A DNA stretch of 64,000 nucleotides from Cellvibrionales bacterium (GCA_041941365.1 JBGTQK010000003.1:7772-71771); one strand, 5' to 3'; positions 43,570-53,196 are shown, counted from the first letter of the stretch. Program-made: numbers and translations. The notes: generated by a model not told the origin, from the letters alone.

Positions 43570-46500
43570 ATGAATATGAATGCGCAATCTGAAAATCATA
43601 AATATGGTTGGATCTCGCAGGATCTGGATAAACATATCAGTGATGCGTTGAATTTTTTCGAAGCTTATCTTTCTAATCCTGAAGGTGAGAAGGAAAAAGC
43701 AAAGCTAGCTGCATCGTTAGAAGCTACAAATAAAATCGTTAAAATTTTTTCCGAGACTGGATTATTAGCACTTGAAGATTACGTCAACGAAATCACTGAA
43801 TTAATAGAGCAGTTAATCCGGCATGAAGCCTACAATAAATATGATGCCTATCAGGTTATTATTGGTGGTTTTAATCAGTTACAAAATTATTTAACTGCGA
43901 CAACGCGAGAAAATAAAGATGAACCGGTGCAGTTAATCGCAGTGGTTAATGATTTACGTGCAACAAGTGGAAAGCGCTTGTTTTTGCCGGAAAATCTGTT
44001 TTCACCTGAGGTTAATCAGGGCGGTTTGTTGAATTCAGAAAATATAAAAAAATCGGTAGCTGATATCGATAAAATCGTATTATTAAATGAGGCAGCTAGT
44101 CTAAAGCAGCAAATAGATATTATTAATAATTCCCAGGAAAATTCAAAGCAAGAAGTGTTAGCACTGGAAAAGCTGGCTATTCAGGGATTACAACAATCAC
44201 AGATAACAAATAATATCTTTTTGAGAGAGATATGGTGTTCTATAGTAATGATTATAGAAGGGTCATTAAAGCATAGTGAACGTCTTTCTCTTTGTTGCAA
44301 ATATACCATATTGAATACGTTAGACGGACTGTTGAGATTGAGTAATGAGGAGAATCAATTAAATGATGCAGATTTTGTAAATTTCCAGATTCTTTTTAAA
44401 GAATTATTATTTTGTATTTCTTCTACATTTTATTTTAATCAGAACTTTTCAGAATTTACGCATAAATACAGGCTGGATAATGCCATTCAACTTGGTCATT
44501 CGGGAGTAATTTTTCGATTAGGAACGCCAGATGTAGAAACAACCGCGCTAGTGATAGATGGATTAATAACAGACCTTAATTTAGTGACTACCTGTTTGCA
44601 ATCAATTATAGAAGCAGGCGAAAATAAAGAAAAATCACAAGAGTTGGTTGATATGACAACCAACCTGCAATTCACATTGAAGCTGGTTCAATTTACAGAG
44701 CTATCTTCAAAATTGGAGATTGCTATTAAAGCGTTTTCTGATTTGAGTAAAGAAAAAATAAATATAGAGCATCAATCAATTGAAGCAGCACTGGCAGCGT
44801 TATATGATATTGAAGAAAAATTGAATAAAACCAAGACAGGCGGGGTTTATGATAGTAACCAGCTAGCTATTATTGAACAGGCCGGTAATTCAACTGAAGA
44901 AATTATTTCTTTAATTGACACCTACGGAAAAGAAGTCGATAAATATAAAAAAAATGAGATTATAGAAAGTATCTCAAATCTTTTGTCAGAGATATCGGGT
45001 GTAACGTCGTTCTTAAATTCATCATTGCTGACAGAAACATTGGATAGCATAGAAAATTATTTTGATTCAAAAGTAAAAGCATCTTTCGTTAGTAATCAGG
45101 ATGTTTTTCTGGAAGCGATTTTAACCAATTTAACAAAAGCGCTTTCATGTGTGTTGAAGTTTTTTGAACATTGCATACAGAGTCGCCATGAACTGGTGAA
45201 CAAGAATCTTACTCAAGCATTAGAATTATTGGTTGATAAAGAAAATAGTGCGAATAACTTGCATTTAACTTTAGTTGGAAAAGAAGCCAATGATATAGAT
45301 TCATTAGAGCCAGAATCAGAACCAGTAGCAGAGATGGTTCAGGATTATATTAATCTTTCTTTGAGTGATAATGTAGATACGACAAATACTCTGGAATCGG
45401 ATGAACTTAAGCCATTAGATGATTCATTGCTGGATGATGAAATCGTAGAAATTTTTCTTGAAGAAGCAGAAGAAGTTCTGGAGGAGCTAACAGAAGCATA
45501 TAGCCAATTAAGTAGTGATTCAGATAATGCCCAGGCATTATCTGAAGTGAGAAGAGCGTATCATACGTTAAAAGGCAGTGGGCGTATGGCTGGGGCAGAG
45601 CATATTGGTGAGGCTGCCTGGGCAATTGAAAATATGCTCAATAGGGTGATCGACAAGTCGGTATCCTTAAATGATATGCGGCTAGGTTTGGTTGGAGAAG
45701 CCAATCGATATATGCCGACGCTGGTTCAATCCTTTAAAGAAAAACTTGAACCATATACACCAGCATTACAAAGCCTGATTACCAGAGCAGAAAATGTAAG
45801 CCAGAACGAAGAGGCAGAAATTGTAATTGGCGAAACAGAAACATTATTAAATGCAATGCTGGAGAGGCAGTCAACCGTTGCACTGGAAGATGCTTCAGAA
45901 GCAATAAGTGAAGCAGAGAACATTATTGAAAATGTAGATGAAATTGAAGGTACCGTTGAGAAAATTACCGGTGATCTGGAATTTGAGACTACTGAAAATC
46001 AGGATAACAGCGAAGAATATACATCGCTGGTCGAGGAGCTATCATCAACTAACCTTATTGAAATATTCCTGGATGAAGTAAAAGTACAAATAGCGGTGCT
46101 TAGAGATTATCTGGCATTAAATACTCACCAGGCAGATGAAAGTCATTTTACTTTGCCTGGTGATGCGTTAGTCAGGGTCTTTCATACACTGGCAGGAAGT
46201 GCCCGTATTACCCAAGAGTACGACATTGCTGAATTGATGCTGCCAATGGAGTCATTATTGGTCAATATAAATCGTAAGCAGGAAATAAATACAAAACAGT
46301 ATGAGTTAATTGAGCAAATAACGCAGTGGTTAGAAAACTATTCTAATAACTACGATAAAGAAGTAGAAAAGCAAAGCCTTGCTGAATTGATAGATGCAGT
46401 AAATCATGAATTATCAAGTAGCATAGAAAACCCTGTTTCTGCTGAATTCGCCAGATTAATGAAAAATAGTTTATTGCTTGCTCAGCCAAACGTATTGTTA

Positions 46501-49065
46501 AAGCAATGGCGTGTATCTGGAAGTGCACCTGATAACTTGAATATTATGTTATCCGAACTCGATGCTTTTTCAGAATACTTAAAACAGCAAGAATCTGTCT
46601 CAATGCTTCTTGGCTCAATGAAATCTGCTTACCAGGCATTTAATCAAAATGGGCTGCATTATGCGGGTTATAAATCATTACTGGAAGCTCATGGTGAATT
46701 TGATGATATGGCAAACCGTTATATGGCTGGTCAGATAATTCCGGATTCTAAAGCCAGCAACAAGTTGCAGAATATAATTGAAGAAGATAAAAAAGTTTTA
46801 TCAGTGGATTCTTCTTCTATTCATACAGAAAAAAATACAGACGATTTAGATGATGAAGTTATCACTCTGTTTTTGGAAGAGTCAAACGAATTGCTGGATG
46901 AAATATCAGAAAACATCAAGCAGTGGTTAGAGAATAAAAAAGAAAGTCATTATATGGAGACTTTATTGCGTCCCTTACATACCATAAAAGGCGGCGCAAG
47001 AATGGCTGGATGTAACGATATAGCAGATATTTGTCATGAGTTTGAGGCGTTGTTACAGGCTGCCAAATTAGGAGATGTAGCAGTAAATGCCCGTTTCTTT
47101 ACTCAATTAACGAAATTTGAAAATAATCTGACAAATGGTTTTAGTCAAATCAGTAATAGAAAACAAGTTGTCCAGAACGATTCTTCAACAGATGTTGTAG
47201 AAAAAGAGCAGGACAAACGGGTTGTAGAGCAGGTTAGGGTATCTGCTGACCTGTTAGACAAGCTAATTGGTTTGGCTGGAGAAACCAGTATTTCCCGATC
47301 TTTAATAGAAGAAAAGCTCAATGATTTTTCTCATTCTATAGAAGAGATAGATACAACTGTCGAGCGTTTGAAAGAGCAGCTGCGTCGACTTGAGATAGAA
47401 ACTGAAGCACAAATCAATTTTCGAAAAGAACAGGTTGAAATGGAAGGGCATGAGGAGTTTGATCCTTTAGAAATGGATCGCTATTCCAAATTTCAACAGC
47501 TTTCAAAATCCTTGGTTGAATCAGCATCGGATTTAAAAGATTTGAAAAGCACGCTAAAAGAAAAAACACGTGATGTTGAAACTCTGTTGTTACAACAAGG
47601 AAGAATTAATACCGGTTTGCAAGAAGGTTTAATGCGAACTCAAACAGTCCCACTTTCACGTGTGGTTATACCCAGGTTACGACGTACTATATTACAAGTT
47701 AGTGGTGAGCTTGATAAAACCGTATCTTTTGAAGTATTAAATGCGGAGGGTGAACTGGATCGCTCCATTATTGAAAGAATGGTCGCGCCATTAGAGCATG
47801 TTTTGCGTAATGCAATAGATCATGGTATAGAATCACCTAATGAAAGAAAGGCTGCTGGTAAGCCAGAGCATGGATCAATTCAGCTTGATATTCACCGTGA
47901 AGGCGGTGATATTATTATAAAGCTAAGTGATGATGGTAGAGGAATAGACACCGATCAGGTAAGACAAAAAGCAATCGCGAACGGTTTAATGAATGAGGGC
48001 GATGAGCTTAGCGATCAGGAAATCAATCAATTTATTTTTTCAGCCGGCTTTACCACTGCAAATAAAATAACACAAATTTCGGGTCGTGGTGTAGGAATGG
48101 AAGTTGTCCAGCAGGAGCTGAGAGAATTAGGTGGAACAGTACAGTTACAGTCTGTTAAAGGTAAAGGGGTAACCTTTATCTTTAAGTTGCCATTTACAGT
48201 CTCGATGAATAGAGCATTGCTGGTGAGTGCTGGTGGTGAAAGTATGGCAGTACCAATGGACTCAATAGAAGGTATCGTTAGAATAAGCCCTTATGAGCTA
48301 AAAGAGTACTATGAAGACAGTAGTATGGATTTTGTTTATGCCGGGCAAACCTATGATTTTATGTATTTTGGCAGTCTTATTAATGGAAGTGAGCCAAACT
48401 ATTGTTCAGATATGATAGGCGCCTTACCGGTATTACTTGTTCGCTCAAATGAAAGGTTGGTAGCTCTACAGGTTGACAGGCTGGTAGGAAGCAGGGAGAT
48501 CGTAGTTAAAAGCCTGGGTAACCAGTTTGCTAAACTGGCTGGTGTCTCTGGTGCTACTGTGCTGGGTGACGGTAGTGTCGTAATGATTGCTGACCTTGCG
48601 GTTCTTGTTAATATTAAATCTGATACATCCATTAATGCAGGCAAAGGGGTTAATGCGCAACTATCAAGAGAAAGACCGCTTGCAATGGTGGTTGACGATT
48701 CAGTAACTGTGAGAAAAGTAACAACCAGATTGTTAGAAAGAAATGGTTTTGAAGTAATTACTGCAAAAGATGGTATGGATGCGATGGAAAAGCTGGAAGA
48801 TACAATTCCAGACTTTATGTTGCTCGACATAGAAATGCCCAGACTGGATGGTTTTGAGGTGGTTTCTCGAGTAAGGCATGACAGTCAACTCAAAGAGATG
48901 CCAATCATTATGATTTCATCAAGAACCGGTGATAAACATAAAGATAGGGCGGTATCGTTAGGTGCAAATGATTTTATGGGTAAGCCTTATCAGGAGCAAC
49001 AATTACTAGCCAAGATAAACGAATTTTTACCTGAATCATTTAAACAATATGTTATTCAGGATTAA
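43570..49065 (+). CDS. chpA: ChpA-type hybrid CheA histidine kinase (multi-Hpt, kinase core, CheW, REC)
   Basis: 1831 aa. Three canonical Hpt motifs are present: HTLKGSG at aa 665, HTLAGSA at aa 872 and HTIKGGA at aa 1137. The kinase core has the N box HVLRNAIDHGIE, G1 DDGRGID and G2 GRGVGM. A CheW-like domain and a C-terminal receiver (VVDDS...LLDIEMPRLDG...GKPY) follow. Confidence 0.9.
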   Translation: MNMNAQSENHKYGWISQDLDKHISDALNFFEAYLSNPEGEKEKAKLAASLEATNKIVKIFSETGLLALEDYVNEITELIEQLIRHEAYNKYDAYQVIIGGFNQLQNYLTATTRENKDEPVQLIAVVNDLRATSGKRLFLPENLFSPEVNQGGLLNSENIKKSVADIDKIVLLNEAASLKQQIDIINNSQENSKQEVLALEKLAIQGLQQSQITNNIFLREIWCSIVMIIEGSLKHSERLSLCCKYTILNTLDGLLRLSNEENQLNDADFVNFQILFKELLFCISSTFYFNQNFSEFTHKYRLDNAIQLGHSGVIFRLGTPDVETTALVIDGLITDLNLVTTCLQSIIEAGENKEKSQELVDMTTNLQFTLKLVQFTELSSKLEIAIKAFSDLSKEKINIEHQSIEAALAALYDIEEKLNKTKTGGVYDSNQLAIIEQAGNSTEEIISLIDTYGKEVDKYKKNEIIESISNLLSEISGVTSFLNSSLLTETLDSIENYFDSKVKASFVSNQDVFLEAILTNLTKALSCVLKFFEHCIQSRHELVNKNLTQALELLVDKENSANNLHLTLVGKEANDIDSLEPESEPVAEMVQDYINLSLSDNVDTTNTLESDELKPLDDSLLDDEIVEIFLEEAEEVLEELTEAYSQLSSDSDNAQALSEVRRAYHTLKGSGRMAGAEHIGEAAWAIENMLNRVIDKSVSLNDMRLGLVGEANRYMPTLVQSFKEKLEPYTPALQSLITRAENVSQNEEAEIVIGETETLLNAMLERQSTVALEDASEAISEAENIIENVDEIEGTVEKITGDLEFETTENQDNSEEYTSLVEELSSTNLIEIFLDEVKVQIAVLRDYLALNTHQADESHFTLPGDALVRVFHTLAGSARITQEYDIAELMLPMESLLVNINRKQEINTKQYELIEQITQWLENYSNNYDKEVEKQSLAELIDAVNHELSSSIENPVSAEFARLMKNSLLLAQPNVLLKQWRVSGSAPDNLNIMLSELDAFSEYLKQQESVSMLLGSMKSAYQAFNQNGLHYAGYKSLLEAHGEFDDMANRYMAGQIIPDSKASNKLQNIIEEDKKVLSVDSSSIHTEKNTDDLDDEVITLFLEESNELLDEISENIKQWLENKKESHYMETLLRPLHTIKGGARMAGCNDIADICHEFEALLQAAKLGDVAVNARFFTQLTKFENNLTNGFSQISNRKQVVQNDSSTDVVEKEQDKRVVEQVRVSADLLDKLIGLAGETSISRSLIEEKLNDFSHSIEEIDTTVERLKEQLRRLEIETEAQINFRKEQVEMEGHEEFDPLEMDRYSKFQQLSKSLVESASDLKDLKSTLKEKTRDVETLLLQQGRINTGLQEGLMRTQTVPLSRVVIPRLRRTILQVSGELDKTVSFEVLNAEGELDRSIIERMVAPLEHVLRNAIDHGIESPNERKAAGKPEHGSIQLDIHREGGDIIIKLSDDGRGIDTDQVRQKAIANGLMNEGDELSDQEINQFIFSAGFTTANKITQISGRGVGMEVVQQELRELGGTVQLQSVKGKGVTFIFKLPFTVSMNRALLVSAGGESMAVPMDSIEGIVRISPYELKEYYEDSSMDFVYAGQTYDFMYFGSLINGSEPNYCSDMIGALPVLLVRSNERLVALQVDRLVGSREIVVKSLGNQFAKLAGVSGATVLGDGSVVMIADLAVLVNIKSDTSINAGKGVNAQLSRERPLAMVVDDSVTVRKVTTRLLERNGFEVITAKDGMDAMEKLEDTIPDFMLLDIEMPRLDGFEVVSRVRHDSQLKEMPIIMISSRTGDKHKDRAVSLGANDFMGKPYQEQQLLAKINEFLPESFKQYVIQD

Positions 49066-49087
49066 TTGAGGGTTTGGTGAAAATAAA

Positions 49088-49567
49088 ATGAACGCAACAA
49101 GCTTAAAGCAAAGTGCAAACGAAGTGTCGGTAATGCTTTTACCTCAACAGACAGACAATATTCTGGTGCCAGATGTAATGGTAGTAGAAATATGTAAAGA
49201 CGTTGAAGTAAAACCAAAAGATGATTCACCTGACTGGTTTGCCGGTACTGTAAACTGGAGGAATAGCCAGGTTCCAGTGATAGCATTTGAAGCACTTAAT
49301 GGGGCTTTCCATATGCCGTCAGAAAAGAAAACAGTTGCGATTGTTAATGCAATGAAAGGCCTGGGTTATTTACCTTATTATGCAATTGTTCTTAATGGTG
49401 AGCCAAAGATGATTGATGCCAGCGATAATGATGTCTCAGTCAATGACGGTAGGCCACGCGGTAGGGCAGAAAGTTTATCGGTATCCATTGCGGATACAAC
49501 GGCTGGTATACCTAATGTTGATTGGGTTGAGCAACACCTGTTAACGTATATTCTGCATAGAAATTAA
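49088..49567 (+). CDS. chpC: CheW-like protein ChpC
   Basis: 159-aa divergent CheW-like ORF immediately after chpA, followed by a terminator. Confidence 0.65.
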   Translation: MNATSLKQSANEVSVMLLPQQTDNILVPDVMVVEICKDVEVKPKDDSPDWFAGTVNWRNSQVPVIAFEALNGAFHMPSEKKTVAIVNAMKGLGYLPYYAIVLNGEPKMIDASDNDVSVNDGRPRGRAESLSVSIADTTAGIPNVDWVEQHLLTYILHRN

Positions 49568-49584
49568 AATCAGTTGTGATCAAT

Positions 49585-49618
49585 AAAACCCCTGTTGTTT
49601 ATACATCAGGGGGTTTTT
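49585..49618 (+). terminator. Rho-independent terminator ending the pil-chp operon
   Basis: AAAACCCCTG-(12-nt loop)-CAGGGGGTTTTT, 18 nt after the chpC stop. Confidence 0.7.
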
Positions 49619-49650
49619 GTTAGGATAAGTTTTTTTCTATTCAAAAATAT

Positions 49651-50382
49651 ATGACACCTGAAAGAGCAAAAAAAATAAAAAACGTATTAGACAATCGCCG
49701 GGTTGATCTTACTGTAATTCTTGACCATGTCCACAAGCACCGAAATCATGCTGCTATTCTAAGAACATGTGATGCGGTAGGTATTCAAAAAATGCATGTA
49801 GTCACAACCGAAGAGGAACACCGTCCTTTTAGAGGCACAGCAATGGGAAGTCATCAATGGGTTGATGTTGTAAAACATGAGATGATTGAAATAGCGATTA
49901 AAAAAATTAAAAAAGATAATTTTACGATTATTGCAGCAAACAATAGTGGTAAGGCGATTGATTATCGAGAAGTTGATTACACGCAGCCTGTTGCATTAGT
50001 AATGGGAGCTGAAAAAAAAGGCGTAAGTAATAATGCATTATCATTCGTTGACCAGGAGGTCTTTATTCCAATGTATGGAATGGTTGAATCTTACAATGTA
50101 TCAGTTGCAGCAGCAATCATTCTTAATGAAGCAATAAGTCAACGAAATGCTGTGCGTAATAAGGTAGAAAATAAAAAATTAACTGCTGAAGAATATCAAT
50201 ATTATTTTTTTAAATGGGGCTACCCTCGGCTTGCAGAGTTTTGCGATTTGCGCAATATACCTTATCCAGAAGTCGATGTGCATGGTGACATCGTTGACCC
50301 AGAAGGGAGATGGCGTGCTATTGCAAAAGAAAGAGAAGTTTTGAACAAAAATAAAAGTGATGTTAACAATATCGTATTATAA
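49651..50382 (+). CDS. trmH: tRNA (guanosine18-2'-O)-methyltransferase (SpoU family)
   Basis: Collinear with E. coli TrmH (R..DLTV....VHK.HN.AAI.RT.DAVG, MG.EK.G, SLNVSVA.AI). Confidence 0.85.
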   Translation: MTPERAKKIKNVLDNRRVDLTVILDHVHKHRNHAAILRTCDAVGIQKMHVVTTEEEHRPFRGTAMGSHQWVDVVKHEMIEIAIKKIKKDNFTIIAANNSGKAIDYREVDYTQPVALVMGAEKKGVSNNALSFVDQEVFIPMYGMVESYNVSVAAAIILNEAISQRNAVRNKVENKKLTAEEYQYYFFKWGYPRLAEFCDLRNIPYPEVDVHGDIVDPEGRWRAIAKEREVLNKNKSDVNNIVL

Positions 50383-50451
50383 CTATTGATTGTAATAACA
50401 TTTTTCTTTGATAATCTGTATTAACATACCATCTATTATGAGTTTTTAAAA

Positions 50452-51168
50452 ATGTGCAAAAAAACGATTCTTCTTACTTTCGCAGTCTTTTATTCAGTAG
50501 CTGTATTAGCCCAACAAATCGTTCTTGGTGATGATGGGCGAGAAGTACAATTAAATTCAGATGGTAGCTGGCATTATATCTCTAAAGATAAATATGCCAC
50601 TTCCTCCGATGGCAGGCGTTTTCAGTTATATCCTGACGGTTCCTGGCGTGAAATCAAACAGGAAGATGTCGTTATAAATAAATCGAAGAAGAACACCAAA
50701 AACCCTGAAAGAAAAATTATTTATAATGAAAGACCTTTGGAAGCTTCACCATCCGAGACATTAAATAATGAATCATTCCAGGCAATAATTAACAATGTAA
50801 AACTTTATAAGAGTCTGGTAAAAACACTTAAGTCTTCGCGTATTGAAACACAAATGCAGTTTGATGTAACAGTGATTAACCGCTCAGCTGAACCGCTGGA
50901 TTTAAGTCAGCTTTCTAACAGGTCATTTGAGGTGGTATCAAGTAAAAATGAAAAATTCAAAGTCATCGATGTTTCGATTTCAAAATCAAGCATTCAGCCA
51001 GGAAAACAAGCTAAAGTAGAGGTAAGAACCGACGGATCACCCAATTGGTTCGGGGTTAAATACATCAGTCTTATTTTCAAAAAAGATGCATTAGGGCAAT
51101 CAGTAAAATATGTATTGAATAAAAATTTCGATGAAATTGAAAGAATAAAAGTGGATGCTTTAAATTAA
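50452..51168 (+). CDS. Hypothetical secreted protein
   Basis: A signal peptide is followed by a duplicated DG(R)xxQLxxDGSW motif near the N-terminus. The C-terminal half is beta-rich and possibly Ig-like. Confidence 0.55.
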   Translation: MCKKTILLTFAVFYSVAVLAQQIVLGDDGREVQLNSDGSWHYISKDKYATSSDGRRFQLYPDGSWREIKQEDVVINKSKKNTKNPERKIIYNERPLEASPSETLNNESFQAIINNVKLYKSLVKTLKSSRIETQMQFDVTVINRSAEPLDLSQLSNRSFEVVSSKNEKFKVIDVSISKSSIQPGKQAKVEVRTDGSPNWFGVKYISLIFKKDALGQSVKYVLNKNFDEIERIKVDALN

Positions 51169-51186
51169 AACAATAATGCTGATTGG

Positions 51187-51597
51187 CTAATCATTATTAA
51201 GTGCAGAAAGTACCTCTCTTAACTTCCCTTCAATTGAGATAGCTTTTTCTGTTTCTACATCCATAAAGCAGAAAGTAATGATGGCATCGAGAACACAATC
51301 GGTTTCTACACCATTTTCCATTTTAGTAATTACCTGTTCGAATTGAGCGCTTTTATTGCCAATATGTTTAATTCTTACAGACACTCTTAACAGATCATGG
51401 ATTAGAGCAGGCTTACGGAAATTGGCATTAATATTAACTATAACAAAAGCAACACCAAGCTCCTGGGCAGATATATCAAGGCTATTATCCATAATGAACT
51501 GCCAACGCGCTTCTTCCAGAAATTCCAGGTATCGAGCATTGTTAACATGCTGATAAATATCTAAATGATAACCACGAACACGAATATCTACTGACAC
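51187..51597 (-). CDS. YbgC/FadM-type acyl-CoA thioesterase (4HBT hotdog)
   Basis: The N-terminus RVRGYHLDIYQHVNNARYLEFLEEARW is the 4HBT family signature. Confidence 0.82.
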   Translation of the reverse strand: MSVDIRVRGYHLDIYQHVNNARYLEFLEEARWQFIMDNSLDISAQELGVAFVIVNINANFRKPALIHDLLRVSVRIKHIGNKSAQFEQVITKMENGVETDCVLDAIITFCFMDVETEKAISIEGKLREVLSALNND

Positions 51598-51750
51598 TAC
51601 TTTCTCCAGTAAAACAATAAGATAAGAAAATCACCTATTTTAAACAGGATAAAATATACCTGTTATGAAATGATTCCTGTTAAAAGAGATTGATTAATGA
51701 CGGAAAATATCAACTATAAAGTATTAAATTCCATCAATCTAGGAAAGATT

Positions 51751-51773
51751 TGTTCAATTATAGTGTTCAATTA
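51751..51773. repeat. Tandem direct repeat TGTTCAATTA-N3-TGTTCAATTA in the promoter region of the 51895 gene
   Basis: Two exact 10-nt copies with 13-bp spacing lie 120 nt upstream of the start codon. Confidence 0.6.
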
Positions 51774-51894
51774 ATAAATATTTCACAAAATAGTTATACT
51801 ATGCGCCACATATAGATGGAAACAATAACGATGCCATTTATACAATTTACCGTAATTTAAAAATTATTCTGACAGCTTAACCAAGGTGACTACT

Positions 51895-53130
51895 ATGGTT
51901 AGTGGAACATTTTCTATAGAAAGAGATTTCTCAAAATTCATTTCTGTAGCTATCTTATTATTTTTTATGAGTTTTTTCCTTTTGCCTATTAAAGCGCATT
52001 CAGACGAATGTCTGGCTAATCCTGATTGGGGCATTATTCTAACCGATCATGGTTATTCAGATATTTTAATGGATCTTCGTATAGTTGATGGTGAGAGTTA
52101 TCAAGGCAGGGAATATCTTTCAGGTGAGTATGCGCATGCAGTTGGTTATTCAAAAACTGGCATTCCAGAAGGGCCCACATGGTTAGAACCTGATTTCATT
52201 TTTCCAGATTGGACAAGTAATTCAGATTATACCGTTGTTAGCCCAATAGCATTGGTTGGAGCTAATGCTTTTGGCTTACCAGTATTTGAGTCGGTAGTTA
52301 CAAATGGAGATCTTGAAATTAAAATTATTTCTGAGATGCTGGATAATGGGGCTGCAGGTATACAGAATGGAATGACAGCTGCAAGTGAATTGTCTGTGCT
52401 TGTACCCCCTATTACAAGTAATAAATATGTAATGTTGCAGCGTTTTGAATATACCAATATTTCAGATGTACTATTGGAAGACGTCACTGTATATCAGATG
52501 TTGCATGGGCTCGTATCTCTAGTCGGTTTATTTGATGATAGACCTTATCCTCCAGCAGATACTGATCCGTTAGGATTGGATGCAGCATTTTTCTATGACA
52601 CTACTGTCGTGGGTCAAGATAATCAACAGCTTTCAAGTTTTGCAGACCCAAGTGAATGTATACCGGGAGCATTACCAGGATCAACGCCGGATGGTACAGA
52701 GCATTTTGATGTTTTAACCTTTCATACATCTGGCGCACCATCTGCTGTTGGCAATCATTACTATGGTAGTCGTAGTGCTGGAGATAATCATGCATTTGGT
52801 AAGCCCAGTATAGGCACTCATTTGGATATAGAAGCAGGCTTACTCAATGCGTTAGATTTTTTTGATCCGGGTGATACTGACTACCCACCATTTTCTGGCG
52901 TGACGCCAACTTACGGTGACACAGATCCTGATGATTTTTGGGTGGCTGGAGCACAAGAGCATGGATTGGGAGATTTGCCACCTGGAGCAACAGTTAGTTT
53001 TGATTACTTATTAAGTTTACAGACAGCAACAGTGAATAACCCTGTTGAAGAGAAAGTCGTACCTATACCAGCTTATGTATACTTGATTTTGTGTGGATTG
53101 ATTCTAGCTATTCGAAAGCGTTTTATATAG
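51895..53130 (+). CDS. Hypothetical secreted protein with a PEP-CTERM-like (VPxPA-type) C-terminal sorting signal
   Basis: It has an N-terminal signal anchor and no recognisable enzymatic motifs. The C-terminus is VVPIPAYVYLILCGLILAIRKRFI (motif, then TM, then basic tail). The ATG at 51895 has an AAGGTG Shine-Dalgarno; the ORF opens at a GTG at 51886. Confidence 0.55.
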   Translation: MVSGTFSIERDFSKFISVAILLFFMSFFLLPIKAHSDECLANPDWGIILTDHGYSDILMDLRIVDGESYQGREYLSGEYAHAVGYSKTGIPEGPTWLEPDFIFPDWTSNSDYTVVSPIALVGANAFGLPVFESVVTNGDLEIKIISEMLDNGAAGIQNGMTAASELSVLVPPITSNKYVMLQRFEYTNISDVLLEDVTVYQMLHGLVSLVGLFDDRPYPPADTDPLGLDAAFFYDTTVVGQDNQQLSSFADPSECIPGALPGSTPDGTEHFDVLTFHTSGAPSAVGNHYYGSRSAGDNHAFGKPSIGTHLDIEAGLLNALDFFDPGDTDYPPFSGVTPTYGDTDPDDFWVAGAQEHGLGDLPPGATVSFDYLLSLQTATVNNPVEEKVVPIPAYVYLILCGLILAIRKRFI

Positions 53131-53168
53131 CGCTTTAAGATAAAAGTTATAAAAATATACTTTGAGTG

Positions 53169-53196
53169 AATGCGGCTGCTGAATAAGCAGTCGCAT
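53169..53196. terminator. Hairpin between convergent genes (possible bidirectional terminator)
   Basis: ATGCGGCTGCT-GAATA-AGCAGTCGCAT: an 11-bp stem with one G:U pair. The flanking T-tracts are weak. Confidence 0.4.
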
